Positions 1 through 11,509 of a stretch of 64,000 bases of DNA are shown here, in pieces. This DNA is from Patellaria atrata CBS 101060 (lineage: Eukaryota), in contig MU006097.1 of assembly GCA_010093705.1 (NCBI GenBank), positions 693,905 through 757,904 of the forward strand. The letters run 5' to 3'. The notes beneath the pieces are model-generated. The model was not told where the DNA came from. It saw nothing but the letters and a program-made list of their open reading frames with translations, and did not search any database. Both the position numbers and the translations under genes were made by a program. Each line of letters opens with the position of its first letter. Positions within the stretch are counted from its first letter, which is position 1.

Positions 1-812
1 TGGGGATGGTACTGGACTCGAAAAAACACAATTGAAAACCTGAGAAGCTCACTGTAAAACATGATTCATATCCATGCATATTTGTGCGATACGAACGAAT
101 GATATCTTGCATGGTTCTCCATAGGTAATGTTATTGTCTGTTTTCGGTCATGTTTTCTCGCAAGCAGGCCTTGAAAAGAGATGAAGAGATACAGGATTAT
201 TATGCCATGCCATCTCGAAGTTCCGAGGGTTTGACTCTCCCAATAATCCTATGATGGCGGCATAGTCCCTGTTGTTATAGTTTGTATGGAGTACCTTGGT
301 GGACACTGTCCTTAAAAGCTCGCTGGATCCCCGAAATTCTCAACCTGAGGCTGAGCTAGATCCTACGAGCTGGTTCCTAATAAGCTTTAGTTCTGATTCT
401 GCAGCTCGCAAGCTCTAAAAGCTGCTTACTTCCGAACTCCAGCATGATTGATACTTGCGAGCTTCACCACCTTTGGTGCTTGCTTCGGAACTTCAACATG
501 AAATCTCGAGATAAGACTGGATGCATCAACAACCGCAGTGATCAACTTCCCCCTGGGCGCGATGTCGCCATTCAACCCCTCTTCACGAACACGCATAGTT
601 ATCGAGGTTAAGCTTTTCATTGGACAGTCCAGCTCCTATGGCACACGGATATGCTATAGTCCTCCAAACCCTGGAATTCCTGCGAAAGATCAAGTCAAGG
701 ATAAAAACTTTATAAAGATGCAGGTTGCTGTGCAGACTGGTAGAAAGCAAGATATTGGGTCAAGTTCATTTCTGAAACAAACATTCAGCAATTCCTCGAG
801 TTTACTGGAACA

Positions 813-1596
813 ATGCCGTCTATTCAACAAAACCTTGAAGCCTCGAACAAAGACTATGTCTCCTCCAAGTTCCCAGGACCATTACCTCTCCCTCCTTCAG
901 AGGGATATGCAGTTGGTTGGTTCCCCTATTTCCTTAATTATTAGCGGTCTGCGTATACCCCCTTATCCATACACATACACTCCGCCATTGAACGAAAGGT
1001 TTGTGCTGTACTTGTACAGTATAGGATCACCCGATTGGTTTGGAAGGGTGTATACTCGTATCAAATGGAGGGCTATACATATATGGTCTAGGGCGTATGC
1101 CGAAGCCGGCGGCCCTCTTCGATAGTGTTACTCTACGATGCTGTCGTGGCCTCAAATGTGTCCAGACCGACGACCGCTAACAATCGTTCCAGTCACATGT
1201 ATGGACGCGCGAATTGACCCAGCCGCTCAATTCGGGATTCCTCTGGGAGGAGCCCATGTTGTGCGCAACGCCGGAGGTAGTGTGAAGGAAGCCTTCCGCT
1301 CACTCGTCATCTCGCAGCAAATTCTGAACACCAAAGAGGTCCTGGTAATCAAGCACACGGATTGTGGCATGTTGCAGTTCCAGAAGTCCGATGCTATTAC
1401 CGCTGTCAAGCAGAATGCGGGTGAAGAAGGTGTTAGGGAGGTTGAGGATATTGAGTTCCTCACTTTCCCGGACTTGGAAGAGGAGGTGAAGAAGGATGTT
1501 GAATGGCTGAAGGGAAAGTTGGTCGAGAAGGGGATTGTGGTGTCGGGATGGGTGTATGATGTTCAGACGGGCACAGTCAAGAGAATCACGGCGTAA
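813..1596 (+). CDS. Beta-class carbonic anhydrase (small, clade D-like), 2 exons: 813-915 and 1193-1596, 168 aa
   Basis: Exon 1 reads MPSIQQNLEASNKDYVSSKFPGPLPLPPSEGYAV. It joins across intron 916-1192 (GTTGGT...GCTAAC...CAG) to VTCMDARIDP...HVVRNAGG...HTDCGM, which carries the CxD and HxxC zinc ligands. The ORF-track start at 1138 is intronic. Confidence 0.92.
916..1192 (+). other. Long (277 nt) structured intron with several inverted repeats
   Basis: Pairings read by eye: 937-949 with 1172-1184; 953-969 with 1041-1055; a CUUG-loop hairpin at about 1002-1023; 1085-1098 with 1156-1168. Confidence 0.75.
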
Positions 1597-2348
1597 ATGT
1601 CGACCTTGCGTTCCTTTTTCCTACTTTTAAAGGAATTGGGTCGCCAAGTGATTGCTCAATGAGAATTGGTTACAACCGGGAAATGTGACTGCTAAGTTAG
1701 CTTGTACCTATCTTTCTCTTTCATGCTGTAGCTGGGCGGGCTGTTATGGCTCGTGGGGAGAATTTCTTTATTGTTGTGAGTTGACTATAGCGTGAGCGTT
1801 ATAAATATCTCAATGGATTACCTGACATTGATGTACGGAGAATCTGTGATGTTTTACTGTACAGGAAACTCCTAAAATATGCATGCTTGTTCGCTTTTTC
1901 GTAGCCCCTGGCTTAGGGTACCGCTTCCTCCCAATTGCGAATGTACACTGTACCGTACCGTACTTTGTAGGGAAAAACCCGAGCTTTGGGGGAGAATAAC
2001 ACGTCGGTGTGTACAGTACGAAACCATTTAGTTTATAGGAGGTAAGGAATGTATTACACTGAGATTGTATTAGACATTCAAAATGTACAATATCTCTAAA
2101 GTGTACAAATAAACCAGAAGATACAAAAGACCGAGCTGTACACAGGAACTAGCTCGAAAGATATCACTAAGCTATATGAAATCACCGAATTTGCGATGCC
2201 CCCTATTTATGGAATGACTCAATAGCACAGAAGCACGAATTTGCAAGATACCCCGATGCACAAAACAACTCAATTAGAACCAGGATCAAACAGTAAAAAG
2301 AAAAGCAGAACAGAATATGTTACATGAGTGTTGAGCACACAAAGGTGT

Positions 2349-3080
2349 TTATGTTGTTGGACTAAAGAAGTCAGTCACAGTGGGGCCGGAATAACGTTGC
2401 ATAGCCATTACACAAGTCCAGATGCCCACAACATCTTCCACATTATTTGAATTAAGGATAAGAAATCCTGAAGTGGCATGTAGAGGCTGCCGCCAAAGTT
2501 TCCCGACAAGAGTTGTGGTCTCACCAGCATGCTTGAACAGAGTCATTCCATATCGGCTGTTAACGTCCCAATTTGTTTCCCAAGCAAAAGTAATACCGTT
2601 GTCGGTGAATGTGTCAACAGAAAACGCCCAATTTAGTGTGTTGTCTGGTGGATTATCCTGTTTGTGCACCCAACCTACGGGTTCGTATATCTTCTGATTC
2701 CTCATTTTCCATTCTGCTACGGTCTCATTCGTCGCGGCGCGTAAGATACGTATTCTAGAGCCAGGTATGTTTGTTTTTCCACCGTAATAGGCTGGGTACG
2801 GTGGAGAGAAACGGGCGATCATGTATGCTTGTTCTTTGAATGATTCAGGTGTCCTCTCGTACGATTCGGTTATATACGGAGTGAGGTCTAAGATGAAAAT
2901 ACGCGGGTGCGTATTTATGTGGAAAGTACATGTGGGCCGGAAGGGTGTAGGAGTGATAATTCGGCGCACAGGTAGAGGTGACGACTGAAGAGATATGGAC
3001 TGTCCGAGACGAGGTTCCCCCTCTTCGCCCTCCTTTGATTCAGCAACCCCATCTATTTGATCTAAGATGCTTGAATGCAT
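2349..3080 (-). CDS. Hypothetical protein, 243 aa
   Basis: Uninterrupted ATG-initiated ORF with globular-looking, aromatic-rich composition; no motif recognised. Confidence 0.55.
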   Translation of the reverse strand: MHSSILDQIDGVAESKEGEEGEPRLGQSISLQSSPLPVRRIITPTPFRPTCTFHINTHPRIFILDLTPYITESYERTPESFKEQAYMIARFSPPYPAYYGGKTNIPGSRIRILRAATNETVAEWKMRNQKIYEPVGWVHKQDNPPDNTLNWAFSVDTFTDNGITFAWETNWDVNSRYGMTLFKHAGETTTLVGKLWRQPLHATSGFLILNSNNVEDVVGIWTCVMAMQRYSGPTVTDFFSPTT

Positions 3081-3546
3081 GTTACATCTCTTTCAAATGC
3101 AAGTAATAATGTACCCTTGCAATTTTATTCTAGAGCGCAATGAGGAGATGAAGACTTCAAAACGGAAGAACTGGTCCGCGATTAAGGAAGAAAAGGGGAG
3201 GAGTGTGACAAAGCGAAATATGAATACTGTCAAGAAATTCAAAGAAATTGATAACTTGACAATGAGATTATCTAGGTATCTTACCGCTACTACTCAAACA
3301 CTCCTTCCATCTCTGTCGGGCACTTTCCGAACGCAGGCGGCCAGCACCATGATAAACGAGAAAACATCATGTAAAGTAGCAGATAGCGGCCAATAAGTGC
3401 GCTGCTTCTGTTTTATTCCCGTTCGAATCACTTGATCATCGTGTCAAGGAGAAAAGAGATGGGAGAGAGAGAGCCAAGCTAGTGAAGGGTTCGGTGGATG
3501 AGATACTTTAATAAGCAAAGCTCGAACTAATAAAGTGGCTTGGCAT

Positions 3547-3569
3547 TCGCGTCACGTCTCCTCCGCGTC
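3547..3569. promoter_or_regulatory. Two MCB-like (ACGCG) cell-cycle elements upstream of POL3
   Basis: TCGCGTC and CCGCGTC about 95-115 nt upstream of the POL3 ATG. Replication genes are typical MBF/MCB targets in ascomycetes. Confidence 0.5.
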
Positions 3570-3661
3570 TACGTGATTTTAAACATTCTCACAAGCTTTG
3601 CAGTTACTCTTCTCCTCAACGACCACACGTTTGTACACATTGATCATAATTCTTCGCAATC

Positions 3662-6600
3662 ATGGGTGCCGCAACACTTCGGACACCTAAAAAGCGGGTA
3701 CTGGTCGAAACAACTAACACTGCCCGCAACATTCCTGCTACACCCCGTTCTGCAAAGAAGAGGAAACTCGACGGATCTCCTATAAAGGAGTTCAAGGCTC
3801 CTTCCAGAGGGATGAATGGATCTGGATTTAACTCAAGTCAGCCGAAAAGTCAATTTGAGGAAGAGGTCCTGGAAAAGATCGCTGATTTAAAGCACAACAA
3901 CACTGAGAAGGATCAGCAATGGACGCGGCCGAGCCTAGGAGATTTCAGCTCCACCAAGGATCCCCTAATCTTTCAACAAATTGAAGCTGAGGAAGGGTAT
4001 CTATCTGGAAAAGCAACGGTCAAGCTATTCGGTGTCACTGAGGTTCGATTCTCGCTATAACCCTTAACTTCGAGGCGTGAAGGCTAACCATCTGGTCATT
4101 AGAGGGGTCACTCTGTTATGCTGCATGTGACAGATTTCTTACACTATCTCTATGTTGAGGCTCCTGTATCATTTACGCAAAAGGATTGCCAGCCATATCA
4201 AGTCTTTATCGAATCTAGGCTTGGGGAGAATAAGCCTGTCGTCGAATCTGTTCGAATGGTCATGAGAGAGAATATATACAAATTTCAGGGCAACCAGAAG
4301 ATCCCATACCTTAAAATTACTACCTATGATCCAAGGGACATTGCTGGATTACGAAGAGCGATCGAATGCTTTGAACTCAATTACAAAGGCATGTGGAGAG
4401 CTCCACCTGGCGAAGATAAGCCCCGTCTTGTGACTTTCGACGGTATCCAATACGTTTTACGATTCATGATTGATTGCAAGGTACGTTTTCTCAAATGGAC
4501 TGCCCCAATGTGAGGTCTGACGCACACCTAGATTTCCGGTATGTCCTGGGTCCAGATAGACCCCTCTAAGTACCATATAATTTCCCCGCGTGAACGCCAG
4601 TCAAATTGTCAGATTGAAGCACACGTGCATTACCAAGATCTTATTTCCCACCAGGCAGAAGGTGAATGGGCGAAAATGGCGCCACTGCGAATACTCTCAT
4701 TCGATATTGAGTGCGCCGGTCGCGAAGGTATCTTCCCTGAACCGGACCAGGACCCCGTCATCCAAATTGCAAATATTGTCACCCGTGCGGGCGAAACCAA
4801 GCCGTTCGTAAGGAATGTCTTCTGCCAGGATACCTGCGGATTGATCGTCAATACACAGATTTTCGAGTTTGACAAAGAAGAAAAAATGCTAATGGCTTGG
4901 CGTGATTTCGTCGAGAAAGTTGACCCGGACGTGATCATAGGATACAACATCGGCAACTTCGATTTCCCGTACCTCATAGAGCGTGCCAAATATCTAAAGT
5001 GTGGCAAGTTTCCTTACCTAGGCCGTCTACCGAATATTAAGTCGAAAGTTGATGATGCCAAACTACAGAGCAAACAAATGGGTAACCGCGATCATAAAGC
5101 AACGAATACGAACGGGAGATTACAAATGGATCTTCTTCAGCTCGTTCAGCGTGACTACCAACTCCGCAGTTATACATTAAACTCTGTATGTGCTCATTTT
5201 TTGAATGAGCAGAAAGAAGACGTACATCATAGCATGATCACAAAGTTGTTCAATGGTGATGCGGGTTCCAGGCAAAGACTGGCAGTGTACTGTCTCAAGG
5301 ATGCTTATTTACCGCAAAGGCTACTAGACAAGCTCATGTGTCTAGTCAATTATACGGAAATGGCAAGGGTGACGGGTGTACCATTCAACTACTTATTATC
5401 ACGCGGCCAACAAGTGAAATTTCTCAGTCAGCTGTTCCGCAAAGCCCAGGAACAAAGTCTCGTCATTCCGAACCTTCACACGGACAATACCAACGAACAG
5501 TACGAAGGCGCTACTGTGATTGAACCCACTCGTGGATTTCATAAAGTCCCGATAGCGACATTAGATTTTGCCTCTCTATATCCCAGTATCATCCAAGCTC
5601 ATAATCTTTGTTACACCACGCTCCTCGAAAAGGAGACCGTGGATAAATTACAACTCAAGAAAGATGAGGATTACATTGTCACACCGCATGGCGATCTCTT
5701 CTGCACAGCCCAGAAGCGTAAAGGCTTATTATCTCAAATTCTTGAGGAACTGCTTAGTGCTAGAAAACGTGCCAAGAAAGAGCTTGCGCTGGAGACAGAT
5801 CCTTTCAAAAAAGCTGTGCTTAATGGTCGTCAGTTAGCACTCAAGATTAGCGCGAACAGTGTGTACGGTCTCACTGGTGCTACGACGGGAAAGCTCCCGT
5901 GTCTGCCAATTGCAAGCAGCACCACCAGTTATGGTCGCCAAATGATTGAGAAAGCCAAAGACGAGGTAGAGAAGGAATATCCTGGCGCAAAAGTCATCTA
6001 CGGCGATACCGATTCTGTAATGGTGAACTTTGGGGTCAAAGACGTAGCCCAGGCTATGGAGCTAGGCCGAAAAGCCGCAGATTTGGTATCGTCAAAGTTC
6101 ATCAAACCAATCAAGCTCGAATTCGAAAAGGTATATTACCCTTATCTACTTATCAACAAGAAGAGATATGCAGGATTATATTGGACCAAACCGGAAAAAC
6201 ATGACAAGATGGATACCAAAGGTATTGAAACTGTTCGTCGAGATAATTGTCGTCTGGTGCAAACCGTCATCGACACATCTCTCCGCATGTTGTTGATAGA
6301 CCGTGACGAGGAACTGGCCCAAAAGTAAGTTATACCCTGTACTGATTAAATGAAATGACTAAATGATATCTTAATAGCTACGTAAAGGAGACGATCTCTG
6401 ATCTACTTCAAAACAAGATTGATATGTCGAACCTTGTCATAACGAAGGCTCTCACTAAGGCCGAAGCCGACTATGCCGCTAAGCAAGCACATGTCGAGCT
6501 TGCGGATCGTATGAGGAAGCGAGACCCTGGTTCCGCACCCAATTTAGGAGATCGTGTTGCGTATGTGATTGTCAAAGGCGCCAGTGGATCCAAAAATTAC

Positions 6601-7122
6601 GAGAAGTCCGAGGATCCTCTATACGTGCTCGAACACAACATACCGATAGACACCAAATACTATTTGGATAATCAACTGGCAAAACCTCTTAGCCGTATCT
6701 TCGAGCCTATAATGGGGGTTGGGAAGGCTGCATCATTACTTAAAGGGGAGCATACCCGGTCCATCTCCCTTGCTGCTCCGACTATGGGCGGGCTAATGAA
6801 GTTCACTAAAAAGACCAACACGTGCATGGGATGCAAAAAGCCGCTGAATGGTGCTCTTGAAAAGGATAACGCGGTCTGCAAAGACTGCAGACCAAGATTT
6901 GGTGAACTGTACCAGAAGTCGCTCGGCAGAGTTGCAGCGATGGAAGTAAGGTTCTCCAGGTTATGGACGCAATGTCAACGTTGTCAGGGGAGCATGCACA
7001 GTCAGGTTATTTGTTCCAGTAAAGACTGTCCGATTTTCTACATGCGGATGAAGGCTAAGAAGGACGTCGAGGACGCAAGCAAGGAGCTGGTTCGGTTCGA
7101 CAAAGATGCTCTGATGTGGTAG
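3662..7122 (+). CDS. POL3: DNA polymerase delta catalytic subunit; exons 3662-4042, 4103-4480, 4532-6324, 6378-7122
   Basis: Exonuclease motif SFDIEC; PolB motifs [20 protein letters not shown] and YGDTDS; C-terminal CysA (CMGC...CKDC) and CysB (CQRC...C...C). Splice junctions keep frame. Confidence 0.97.
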
Positions 7123-7394
7123 GTCAAATTACCTACCGGGTATTGTCTGGAGTCGAGCTTCAGGTACATGTATGCTGCGATTATATTTGCAATGTGGTAT
7201 TCTGGGACCGGTATCAGTGAAAGTTTAAAAGAGCACATACCATGGCTAGAAGCTTGGAGCAGCATGGGTTGGCTCTTTTGGTCATGATTATGGAGCATGC
7301 AAATCACGGTAATATTTAGACGTAAGCAGGCCATCTGACGCGGCCTTTCCACTGATTCAATGAATAAATGCCTGTTCATCAGTAAACAGTGGTG

Positions 7395-7802
7395 TTACTG
7401 ATATCTGTTCGTTACACTGATAGAACGCCCGAGCACGGTTTCAATGACTAAGTTTATCCAGAACCCCTGCCAAGCCCTGTTCCGAACCTTATATCTTGCT
7501 TCCATCTCAAAAGTATCCCCACTCTCCACAATCAATCTGCATGTCGCGAACATCAGCATCTTCGCAAACCAGATTTTGTAATGGAAATCTCTCGGAATAT
7601 CCGTTGACGTACCCAGTCACAATTCTGAAAACTCTATTTTCAGTGCGACGTAACCGGGGAACGAACGTGCATGAACCATCTCCGGCAACAAGCGAAACGG
7701 GGTGAGACAGTATGGCCCTCACATCATAGACCTACTTCATGCTCCGCTCTGCTCTCTCAAGTTTCTCGTCGCTTTCAGCCTTTTACCAGTGCGCAATTGC
7801 AT
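7395..7802 (-). pseudogene. Possible decayed small gene of unknown family
   Basis: ATG at 7802 (MQLRTGKRL), followed by coding-like segments in shifting frames (VYDVRAILSH...; GDTFEMEARYKVR...) separated by stops. Confidence 0.25.
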
Positions 7803-8423
7803 TGAATTTTTGTTATAGATGGAAAGAGGCTTAAGAGCGAGATTAGAGGGGCCTGGGCAGTTTGGTTTGAGGTGGTGTGTTTTGCGGAGGTGTGGAGGAT
7901 GTGCGAACGCAAGCTCGGAAAGGGGTAATGGTATAAAGAGAGAGGAAGAGCTCGGATCCTCGTGGTCTTGGGTTTAGGAGGTAGGGTTGAGAGACCTTTT
8001 TTTTTTTCGCTACTTGTCGTCTTGACTATCTTATCATTTTCTCTCTGTCATTCTCTTCGGCAACTCTTCTAGAGAATCCGCTCTTTTATTCTCAGTACGA
8101 CGTTTATTGGATCACTGCGTTCTAAAGGAAACTTGAAGGATTAAGGGTGGCCTGGTGCCGTTGTTGTGCATATTCATATTCGGACCATTCCAGTCTTTAC
8201 TTCTGGGCCGTTGCCACTGTTGAAAATACCTCCCTTCCGCCATTATATTCTAATCGGGTTTATCTATACACGCTCTCTACTGCGCATCCTACGCAACGTT
8301 CTCTCGAGTCCAGAGCCAAACTAAAGTTTTGCTCGCATCCCGTTTCGTCTAAGTTAAACCAAACCAACTCCTCAACCGGCAGCGCACTATCAAAACCAAA
8401 CCAATCTAACAACCAACCGAACA

Positions 8424-8801
8424 ATGCGCACCCCACTCATCCTCGTTCTCCTCTCCCTCCTCTCCCTCACCTTCGCTATCCCAACTCTTTCCACCTCAAA
8501 CACTCCTCTCCGCCCTCGTTCCCCCTCCCTCTTCACCCCCTCAAACACCCCCATCCGCGCCCGCACCCCGCACTCCTCAAACATCATCCGCACCCGCAAT
8601 CTAGTTCAAAACGTCCCCCTCAGACCCCGTTCCGACTCTGCGAATGCCCCGCTAAGGCCTCGCGAACCGCAGCGCCGTCCAGGAGGCTTCCGACGCCCCG
8701 GCCGCAGACCCCTCGGCCGCCCTGGGAGGAGACCCGTCAATTTCGGCGCTATCAGACCGAATGGGCAGTTGAATGCTGATTTCAATAAGGGGAGGCAGTA
8801 G
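8424..8801 (+). CDS. Small secreted Pro/Arg-rich repeat precursor, 125 aa
   Basis: Signal-peptide-like MRTPLILVLLSLLSLTFA, five Nx(P)[LI]RxR-type repeats, then a cationic RRPG-rich C-terminus; ACAATG start context; no Cys. Confidence 0.75.
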   Translation: MRTPLILVLLSLLSLTFAIPTLSTSNTPLRPRSPSLFTPSNTPIRARTPHSSNIIRTRNLVQNVPLRPRSDSANAPLRPREPQRRPGGFRRPGRRPLGRPGRRPVNFGAIRPNGQLNADFNKGRQ

Positions 8802-9561
8802 GAGGGACGGGGCTAGCGGTTATCGAATCGCAGATGTACTGTACCGGAGAAAGATTAGTGAAGGGGGATCCTCGGGGGGGGTTGCGTAGAAGTGTGGATG
8901 CAGGTCCACATGGAACGTGAAGGTTGGATGGACGAGGCAATGAGATCATTTCGGTTTACTCAGTATATACGAATGAGCGCGCTGATACCTTTGTGCTTTG
9001 TCGACCGGGGGGTTGGGGGGGGGGAACCAGAGTGGAGGAAAATACCTGTGGCATGGGAGGTTATTTATTAGGGATCGGTCAGAATGTAACTGTATCATAC
9101 ATATTTCATTTCACGATGGATAAGAGCGTTTTTTCTTTTTTTCAATATTGGTAGTTTTACTATGAATGTGGTAGTTTATTCTTTCCGTGCTCGAGATATC
9201 GGCCATGTTCCCTTGGCGGAAGGTGCAATTGTGCCCTCCTTCCGCACCTGTGAAATCTGATTTAAGCAGTTGCGATTTCCCGACGTGGTGAGAATAGAGT
9301 TAAAGACCGTGTTGAACGTATTCAATCTCTCGTTCTCCTATTCACAACATGCTTTGGTCCGCACAAAACGGAACTGCAGATCCTTTCGATCTAATCCACA
9401 TCTCGACAATGGAAGACAGTAAACGCATCAACCTTAAATCTGCATGCCGCACTTGTTTGCGTACAGAATTTGGCTCTCGCAGAGAGACTAGTGTTCCCGC
9501 TTTCGTAGTGGTGAACCCTTTGGCGGAGCAATAACGAGCAGAAATACGCATTTCCGATCAC

Positions 9562-10669
9562 TTAATCATCGAAATTGAACTCGTACTTGTCCATCATCTC
9601 CTTCCACCTCTCAGTATCTGCCTGCGACGGCTCTGCAGGATACAACATCCTGCTCTGTCGCATAACCTCATGATAGGTGTCGAACTGACAGCTCTTGGTG
9701 CAGCTACACTTTGGTGGACTATAAATGTTTAGCATCCATACCTGAAGGATACATCAAAATTGGTTCAACTTACTATTCTTGTCCTCTTTCCCTTCCAATC
9801 TCACTAGCATCGATAGCAGGAAATTTCCCCTCTCGTCTCTCGTCGAAGATGCTTTCCCATTTTCTCCTCGTGCTATCCTTCACACACCCCTTCAACTCGA
9901 TGCGCGGGATATGTTTGATATACTCAAACCCAAACGACAAAATCCAATCAACCAGCACCTTCTGACAACTCGTCTGCGGATACGTCGCCCCACCCCTACT
10001 CAACAACCCATCAATATACGCCCACGGATCATAAAGAGCCCCATACTTGGTACTCGGGAACTCCATCGTAAGCATTTGTATCTGCGTAATCTCCTTCAGC
10101 TTCTTCCCGCACCCAAACTCGGATCGGAACGTGTTCATGATACCCGGAAGAGAAACGCCGAAAAAGATGAACCAATCCTTCATTTCGAAGTCCAAATGTA
10201 GGACTCGAAGGGCGGTGTACGGCACCGTGTCGAGAGCCCTGAAGAACCCATACGCATGCCATGGCATCGAGAAATATTTCGGCGTCCTTGTCCAAGCCAT
10301 GTATAACGCTTCCTCTCCAATCTGCTTATTCAGCCGCAAGATTTCCAAATTAGGCCTGTCTGTCGTCATCTTATGCAGCGGAGAAACTGGCTGTTCAGGC
10401 GAGCCTCGTGGTAACAGGGCGAAAGCGCATTGGCGTTGGCCGAGCTTGGCGTGCCATTTGGGACGAGCTTTTGGGAAAGGTGGAATGCTCTTTGAGACGG
10501 GTGTGATGCTAAATCCGAGGGTGTGGAAGTAGAGGAGTTCACGAATTTCGGAGGGGAGTCTCATTATGTCAAAGGTCTTGCCGTTGCGGACCCACCAGCG
10601 CCATTGCGCGTCATAGCCTGCTTGACCACACAGATCGCGGTGGGGCATGGTTTTGCTCCGCGTCAACAT
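9562..10669 (-). CDS. Hypothetical protein with F-box-like motif; further 5' exons likely upstream (to about 10.95 kb)
   Basis: FDIMRLPSEIRELLY motif. A GTAAGT intron at about 9773-9719 joins a last exon YPPKCSCTKSC...FNFDD* (stop 9562-9564). Upstream splice signals near 10775 and 10885-10935. Confidence 0.65.
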
Positions 10670-11509
10670 TATTCGGTGGGTGTGGTGCAGTTGGTAGAGT
10701 ATACGAGGTATAGCAGAGTATATAGGCCCGAATGAACCGTTAAACTGCGGTTTAGGGTTCCAGCGACGTTGCTATAGCTTCGGAGTCAAGTAGATGTGGA
10801 GGTAAGGTGGTAGCTAGGTCGCTCAATGTAGAGCTGATACGGCTGAGAATACGAGACGCAAGTACAAGCTTTGTAGTATACTATAGATCAAGAAATTAGC
10901 TCTAGAACCTTAGGATAACGCACCAATTCGCTTACCAGAGATTTTCTCATGTACAAGTCTCAAAGACCATTATCTGGTAAACAAGGAGGAGGGGAAAATG
11001 GGGGGTTTATAATTCTGAGAAGAATTTGTACAACTTTACCAGAAAGAGACCATGGGCCTGCAAAGCCCCACCAAACGTCTCATAATCTCATGCACTCATA
11101 AACATATACAACACATAAGGGGGGTGGCAACAGTCACATCCACATCATGAGTGGTGATCCGTAATCCTACCTGCTGCAATCTTGCTTTTCCAACAAAAAC
11201 ATCACGCCGACATTATCGCGGATCGATGATGAGAGACCCTACTCATCCAATAGCATGGAGTCGATAAGAGCTATCTTTGAGACATCCCGTGACTGCGGTT
11301 CCTACAGACGGGATGAGCCGGCTTACGTGGGGTCGCTTAACATTCCGAAAAGAGTTTAGATCGGCATTTTGACGTCGTCAATCGTTTCTCCGCCTTAATT
11401 GGTCTCTACCAGTCCATATCCAACATTTGTTGTTTCAATATGTCTATCATCCGTTTTATACCATCTATATCCTACATGCCCTTTTAATATTTGCATCCAC
11501 AGAGTGCAA

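Noticed and set aside
1..620. Possible minus-strand gene fragment at the left edge
   Set aside because: Short ORF with a plausible donor, but stops follow in the frames examined; family not recognisable.
538..1125. 195-aa ORF upstream of the carbonic anhydrase
   Set aside because: It overlaps the real CA exon 1 in another frame and its intron; no protein motif.
950..1185. H/ACA snoRNA, TPP riboswitch or stwintron reading of the CA intron
   Set aside because: No ANANNA hinge between the hairpins, no TPP aptamer motifs, and removing a putative inner intron does not rebuild a consensus donor.
7507..7735. Chromodomain-like YDVRAILSH segment
   Set aside because: The aromatic-cage residues and WEP motif are missing; resemblance is too weak.
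8147..8779. 210-aa overlapping ORF
   Set aside because: Non-ATG start and alternative frame of the secreted 125-aa gene, kept open by C-rich composition.
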